DNA of 64,000 bases from Callorhinchus milii (lineage: Eukaryota). Made by a program: the position numbers and the translations under genes. Of this stretch, positions 58,501-64,000 are shown piece by piece; the first letter of the stretch is position 1, and each line of letters opens with the position of its first letter. The notes under the pieces are model-generated. The model worked only from the letters and a program-made list of their open reading frames with translations, was not told the origin of the DNA and made no database searches. The stretch covers positions 3,906,001 to 3,970,000 of the forward strand of contig NW_024704769.1 of NCBI RefSeq assembly GCF_018977255.1, given 5' to 3'.

Positions 58501-61500
58501 CCGCCCGGCCCAGCATCGTCGGTCGGCCCTTCAGCCTCTCTGCCCCCACCCTTTGGAACTCCATCCCACAGTCTCGCTTGTGAGGCGAGTGCTCCCACCA
58601 CTACAGGATTCCACAAGCACAGTTACTCTTTAAAAAACCTATAGCAGTAACCTGGGTGTCAGTAACAGTGGGGCCAAACGTAGAGACCCAATCCATCCCC
58701 TAACATTGGTGTGTGACCTCAATGTCAACTGAGGAGACACGTGAGTAACTTAGTTGGCTTTAACTGCACTGAATGTATATGCTTCATATCACAAGCAAAA
58801 TTAAAAACAAATGGCAATGATGTAATATAATGCCTTACACTGAACATCAGACTTTCCAAATAGAACTATAAATAATAATGCTACCCCTGCAGCTTAATAA
58901 TAATGCTAACCATCGCCCAACGGATCGATTTCAAGATCCTTACACTCATCTTCAAATCCCTTCATGCCCCCGGCACCTCCCTACCTCTCCGACCTGCTTA
59001 CTCCCTACTTCGACTGTTCCTACAGACTGTTCCCCTGGCTCCACATTGTGCTCCGTCAATGTCTAGTGCTCTGGGACACTATCTTGTGTGAGGGGCACTG
59101 TGTAAATGCAAGTTGTTTTTGTAGCTTATTAGTACAAAACACTGGTAAGTTTCAGAGTACAGTATTTGTCTTTTCCACTACAATAACAGCGTGGGTGTGC
59201 TGGCAGTTAAGGTTGGAGTATTACTGTACGACCTTTGCTGGCTCTGAGTGTCTTTCTGTGTTTATTGTGTTGGTTGTTTCTGCTTCACGAACTTCAACTG
59301 GAGCGAATTTAAGGGTGAATGCTGCTGCTTTTCAGTGAATCCCCTAGAACCAGAACCCGATGAATCCGAGCCTTGGGAAGATACGTATGGAGAACCTTGG
59401 GTGGAAACCTGGGAAGAGACTTGGGAGGAGGAAAAGCGTACGTAATTCTTTGTGTTTATGTTTGTATAATATAGGATTACAGCTGCTTAATATTCTCATC
59501 CACTGGTGATTTATTTTTACCTTGTTATTTTCAGCTATCATGTTTCTTGACGGTTGGTTTATTGCACACATAATAATAATGATGCTTGCATTTGATACAG
59601 CGACTTATCACATCTTCGAGAAGTCTCAAAACGCTTCACAGAATATACTGTAAAACGTAGTGACTGCGTATTTTGTGGGCAAAGCTTTGGTAAACATAAA
59701 TGTTCAATCAGGGCTCGGAAGGTACAACGGGAATTGTTTCAAATGACAATATTCTTTCTCCGTGTCTTGCAGCAAAGCCTAAGAAACCGGGAAAGAAGTT
59801 TCCGGAAGAGATAGATCCATACGAAGATTTGGTGTCGAGGATAAAAAGTGAGTAAAACGTTTGGATTTTGCCAGACTCGTCTCTGTTTACTGTGCGGTTT
59901 CCCATTTGCCTTTTGACAAGAGCTTGGGGTGGGGGAGCCCAGAGTGTGCGCGGGGGTAACTGATGGAGTCTGAACAGCTAAACCCACATAGCGGTGATTG
60001 TTTCTCCCCTGAGACTGCTCGTTCTTCAGTCTCCTTGGTAGTAGGGAGAACAACGACGACAACTTGCATTTATATAGCGTCCTTCACGCGACGTAGCCTC
60101 ACGGAGAACAGCCTGATCGTACTCTGTAGTGTCTGTCACTGGCCTATGAGGAGGTCTGTATTCCAGGGTCAGGGAGTTTGAGTTTCGTATCTTTTTATCT
60201 AAGTCAGAGGGTGGAATACTTGCAGCCCCTAGAGATTTTCAGAGCCTTGGGAACTCTGCTAAATGTCTGGAATTCAATCGCTGAAACACTAAAGAGAAAG
60301 GGCCACCGTGTCTGGTCTGGTAACCTGTGGCTTTACCCTACACCTCACCTCATTGTTCTTCACGGTTTGTCAGATAATATATAATATAATAATAATCCTC
60401 GCATTTGATATAGCGCTTTTCATGTCTTCTAGCCGTCTCAAATTCTTATTATATATCATCTGACAAACCGTGACGAACGCGATATCACCTCGTTGAAATG
60501 CCTCAAAACGCTTCCCGGGATGTACTCTCTAATCGTTAAACGGACTTGAAGCCAATGACCAATTGTTAGCCGTGGGACTTGTCAGCCAGGACGCTGAGAG
60601 AAACTCCCTTCCCTTTTCAAAGCGTCATGGGATTTTTAAGGGTCTGCCTGAACTCGGTTTAATGTCCTCCTTCCGAAGAGAGCACAGCCCTGGAATGTCA
60701 GCCCAGACTTATATGAGTTCAAAGTCCCGACGGGTTTGAGGTTTGAACCTTCAACCTCCTGCCTCAGAGGCGAGAGTGTTACCAAAGGAGCCGGGCCGAC
60801 ACTTAAATAGATGGTGGATCCTCTACAGGAACGTAAGGCGCTCAGTTGAATGGCGTTGCCCTCCGGATGAGTTTCACGGATCTTTCGCCTCCCACTGGCC
60901 AGGTTTGGTAGTGCTGCCAACCTCTCCTCTTAACCTCTGGTCTCTCAACTGCTGGTAAACAGAGGCGAGTGAGTGTGAGGCGCGAGGAGACTCGCCTAAG
61001 ATTTCACCCTGCCCGGGGGAATCGAACCCGGGTCCTCTCGCTTGCGAGCCGAGCGCTCTCACCGCTGAGCAGAGTTCCCGGAAAGAGCAAACAGAAGATG
61101 GTACTTCGCCCTCAAAAGTCCTGAGCCTTTACAGACCCCTTCACACAAGGTTAACTTTACCTGCGCGTGACTTGCACATTGCTAACCCTGCCAGCTCGTC
61201 TTAGCTTTCATCCTTAAACAGCATGTCTACATGAGCTCGCCCAAAGTCAATATTGGCTGAAGGTTTGGATTCTGTAGTGTTGTTGCTGGCCCAACACAAG
61301 CCTCCCACCAGCTCCGGCCCAAACCCAGAACCGCAGAAACGTTGGCCCAGATATTTCATAATATATAATAATGATCCTCGCATTTGTTACAGCGCCTAAT
61401 CACGTCTTCGAGACGTCTGAAAGCGCTTTACAGAACATACTGTAAAGTGAATTGACTGTATTTCATGGGCGAAAAGTGGCAGCCAATTGCACACAGCAGT

Positions 61501-63405
61501 GTCTCACAAACAGTTGTGGATTGAGTGAACGCATTTTTTTTAATGGGATTATTACACCGGAAAGCGATCCACCAATCGACTAACAAGAAGTTTCCTACTT
61601 ACTGCTAGGTAAACAGAGGAGTTATAGAGTAAGAAACTTGCCTAAAGCAATCAAACCCGGGTCCTCTCGCTTGTGAGGCGAGTGGTCTATCCACTAAGCT
61701 ACAGGACTCCACAGTGGTGTTGTGTAAGGAAGGATTTAAACTCTTCCACCACCATCGAATGTCCAGCCATCTGGTAAACATCACAGCGGTACTGGCAATA
61801 AAAATCTTTTTTCTTTCTGCAATTTTACAGATAAACATAGAGAAATGAAAAAAAGCCAAGTACTGTATTCCATCTGGCAACAGAATACACTGAAAACCCA
61901 TCATAGTTCACATTCCAATTCCAATACGGCCTTCCGGTTCACAAGAGGTTAACTGGTACTGGTTACCAGGACTCTCAGTAACTCTCGTACAGTTACTGCA
62001 CTCTGTGGGAATCTAATTCTACTCTCCTATTGTTGTTTTTTTTATATAATGTTGGTTCTGCAAGGTATCTGGCTGGCTCAGTAGGTGGCATTCTCACCTC
62101 AGAGTCAGAAAGTTTTGGGGTCAAGACCCACATTAAGACTTTGAGCTTGTTGTCTTCAATGTAAGGCTGCGGGGTGGTGGTGGGGGTGGGGGTGGGGGGG
62201 GGAGAGAGCGCGCTGCATTATCAGAGGCACCGTCCTTCATTTGAGACGTTAAACCGAGCTGCCTGTTCAGGTGGACGTTAAAGGTCCCATTGCGCTATCC
62301 GAGAAGTGAAGGGAGTCTCTTCTGGCGTCCTGGCCAACAGACTGCCAGCTGTTTGCGGGACTTTGTTGCCCTGTGTTTGCCTACGAAACACACTCACTCA
62401 CTGCACTTCACAGGAAAATTCTGTGAAGCACTTGGAAACATTTCGACAAAGAGCCAGAGGGAGGATGAGGAGAATTATTTTTTTTTTTTACCCAGAGAGC
62501 CGTTACAGTTTGGAACGCACCGCCTGAAAGGGCGATGGGAGCAGATTCCATGGTAGCTTTCGAAAGGGAATTGGATGGGGACTTGAAAAGAAAAAAATTG
62601 TGCAGGGCTGTGGGATAAGAGCGGAGGGAGTGGGACTAGTTGTTAGCTCTGTCACTAAGCCGGCACAGGCACGAAGGGCCAAATGACCTCCTTCTGTGCT
62701 GTAAATTCCTATGATTCTATGAACACGACAAGGTACTGTATCAAAAGCAAGGACTTTTATTATCGTTGTAATAAATACTTGATCCTGTTTTTCTCACGGA
62801 GTTGGGTTGGCTAAGTGTGCCGGTTCCATTTGGCGTTAGTTTAAAGACAAAACAACTGTACGTTATTTTGCAAAAACTTGGCAGCAGGCAGGACAAAGGC
62901 TAACTTAATTAAACTGTTCAAAACGTTAATTGTTTTATGCTGTTTAACATCTGCAGTGTGGTCATTCCAAGACAAGTAAACAGATGTCAGTAACCCACTC
63001 ACACAGGGGTACTGTAAATATCGAGGCACATCTTTGTTCTGCCTAAACATTGCAATGATCATCACAGTTGATGAGTACAAAGTGGGTGAAAGAGCTTGTG
63101 TTAATCTAACTGTAGGAATGACGCCTTTTCTGAGCTAGCATCACCCATCTCCACGGCAGAGCGAGAGATGTCAAGGTTGACTTGTCAAAGCAGGACAGGC
63201 AACAGATCGTGTCCACTTGTGTATATACTCCCTTCGCAAACGCGGTTGCTGACGCCACCTCTTTCCTTCTGCGTGCTGCACGGCTTTCTCTGCAGAGTGT
63301 CCTCCCCTGGGCCTGGAATCCCAACGTGTCGGCGATGATCAGCTGATGTCATCTTCTCAGCTCCGGTATGGCCTCGGCCCACATCGCGGTCGTCTCAATA
63401 TGCAG
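52526..63405 (+). CDS. AEBP1: AEBP1/ACLP-like secreted carboxypeptidase-like protein, 5' part (signal peptide, Lys/Pro/Glu-rich region, start of discoidin F5/8-C domain); continues beyond the right edge
   Basis: Exons 52526-52775 (signal peptide [19 protein letters not shown]), 53950-54315 (KKPKEK-type Lys-rich), 57058-57156, 57731-57799, 58144-58260, 59336-59437, 59773-59847, all joined by phase-1 introns, then 63296-63405 ([37 protein letters not shown], start of the AEBP1/CPXM discoidin domain). The long Lys-rich N-terminus and RLNMQ favour AEBP1 over CPXM1/2. A small additional exon may have been missed. Confidence 0.82.
52855..53210 (+). mobile_element. SacSINE1-like (Deu-domain) SINE interrupted by a tail fragment of the younger SINE
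   Basis: tggctcagcggtagc...gagtcagaaagtttgggttcaagcccc head; gccgtcctttcggatga...gttcaggtggatgttaa...gagaagggagtttttctctcccgatgtcctggccaac body. Confidence 0.7.
57197..57620 (-). mobile_element. L2-clade LINE 3' fragment
   Basis: Reverse strand encodes [30 protein letters not shown] (L2 ORF2 C-terminus) plus tail. Confidence 0.85.
62470..62722 (+). mobile_element. CR1-clade LINE 3' end
   Basis: ttttttacccagagag...tggaacgcaccgcctgaaaggg...gggccaaatgacctccttctgtgctgtaaattcctatgattctatga tail. Confidence 0.75.
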
Positions 63406-63499
63406 GTGAGAGTGTCCATTAATGTGGTGGCATCAGGGCAATAGGAACATTGGCAGAACTTATTTTGATAAGGAGGTCTATATTTGGAGGTGATTTGCG

Positions 63500-63735
63500 T
63501 TGGTCTTACATTTGAGAGGCCATATAGACCTGTCCGTTGCCTCTGGTCTGCTCCATGTCCTCAGCCTGGTCCCCCCCAACCATCGACGGTTGGGCCTTCC
63601 TCTCTGCCCCCACCCTTTGGAACTCCATCCCACAGTCCCTTCACCTTGCTCGCCCCTTCCCTTCTTCAACGCCCATCTCAAGACCCTCCTCTTCGACCGC
63701 ACCTCCGGTCACTTCCTACCCCTACCCTCCCTTTC
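63500..63735 (+). mobile_element. L2-clade LINE 3' end
   Basis: [24 protein letters not shown]...HLKTLLFDRT. Confidence 0.8.
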
Positions 63736-64000
63736 GTGTACTTATATAGCGCCCCGCACGCAGGGTAGCGTCTCGGAGCGCTTAGCAGTGGCGGAGCCTG
63801 AAGCCAAGCAGGGGAGAGGTGACCGTAAGCACGATCAAAGAGCGAAGTCTTCAGGCACGATCTGAAAATGAGGACTAAGGGGACAAGGTGGAGGGATTGA
63901 GGGATAGACCCTGATTAAGTGGTTTGAGACGTCTTCCTGACGTGAAAGGTACTATATAAATGTCATTCATACTGTGTAGTGTCACTTATACAGTCTTTGA

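Noticed and set aside
61831-61860. Strong acceptor (ttttttctttctgcaattttacag), a possible extra AEBP1 exon
   Set aside because: No nearby donor in the required phase 1; exon 59773-59847 joins 63296 in frame without it.

Overview
Vertebrate nuclear genomic DNA. The repeat content (a tRNA-derived Deu-type SINE with an L2-type tail, SacSINE1-like SINEs, L2 and CR1 3' ends) suggests a cartilaginous fish, most likely a chimaera/elephant-shark type; this is an inference. I reconstructed five spliced protein-coding genes by hand from splice sites, exon phases and remembered homology: (1) the 5' part of an M17-family 'W07G4.4-like' aminopeptidase (- strand, runs off the left edge); (2) FAHD2A (+), sharing a bidirectional CpG-island promoter with gene 1; (3) GPAT2 (-, 21 coding exons, with an apparent 1-bp frameshift in the HX4D-motif exon); (4) ELMOD3 (-); (5) the 5' part of an AEBP1/ACLP-like gene (+, runs off the right edge). 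I found no prokaryote-type or clearly novel enzymatic system. The most interesting signals are: strongly directional AT->GC drift of transposon copies at all three CpG-island promoters, suggesting promoter-centred recombination with GC-biased gene conversion; an array of 8 CCAAT boxes, mostly ~33-35 bp apart, at the GPAT2 promoter; a ~500-bp composite inverted duplication bracketing the ELMOD3 start-codon exon; a candidate 24-nt ELMOD3 microexon; and several fold-back or templated-insertion structures. Coordinates were counted by hand. Exon boundaries should be within a few nt; repeat boundaries are approximate.
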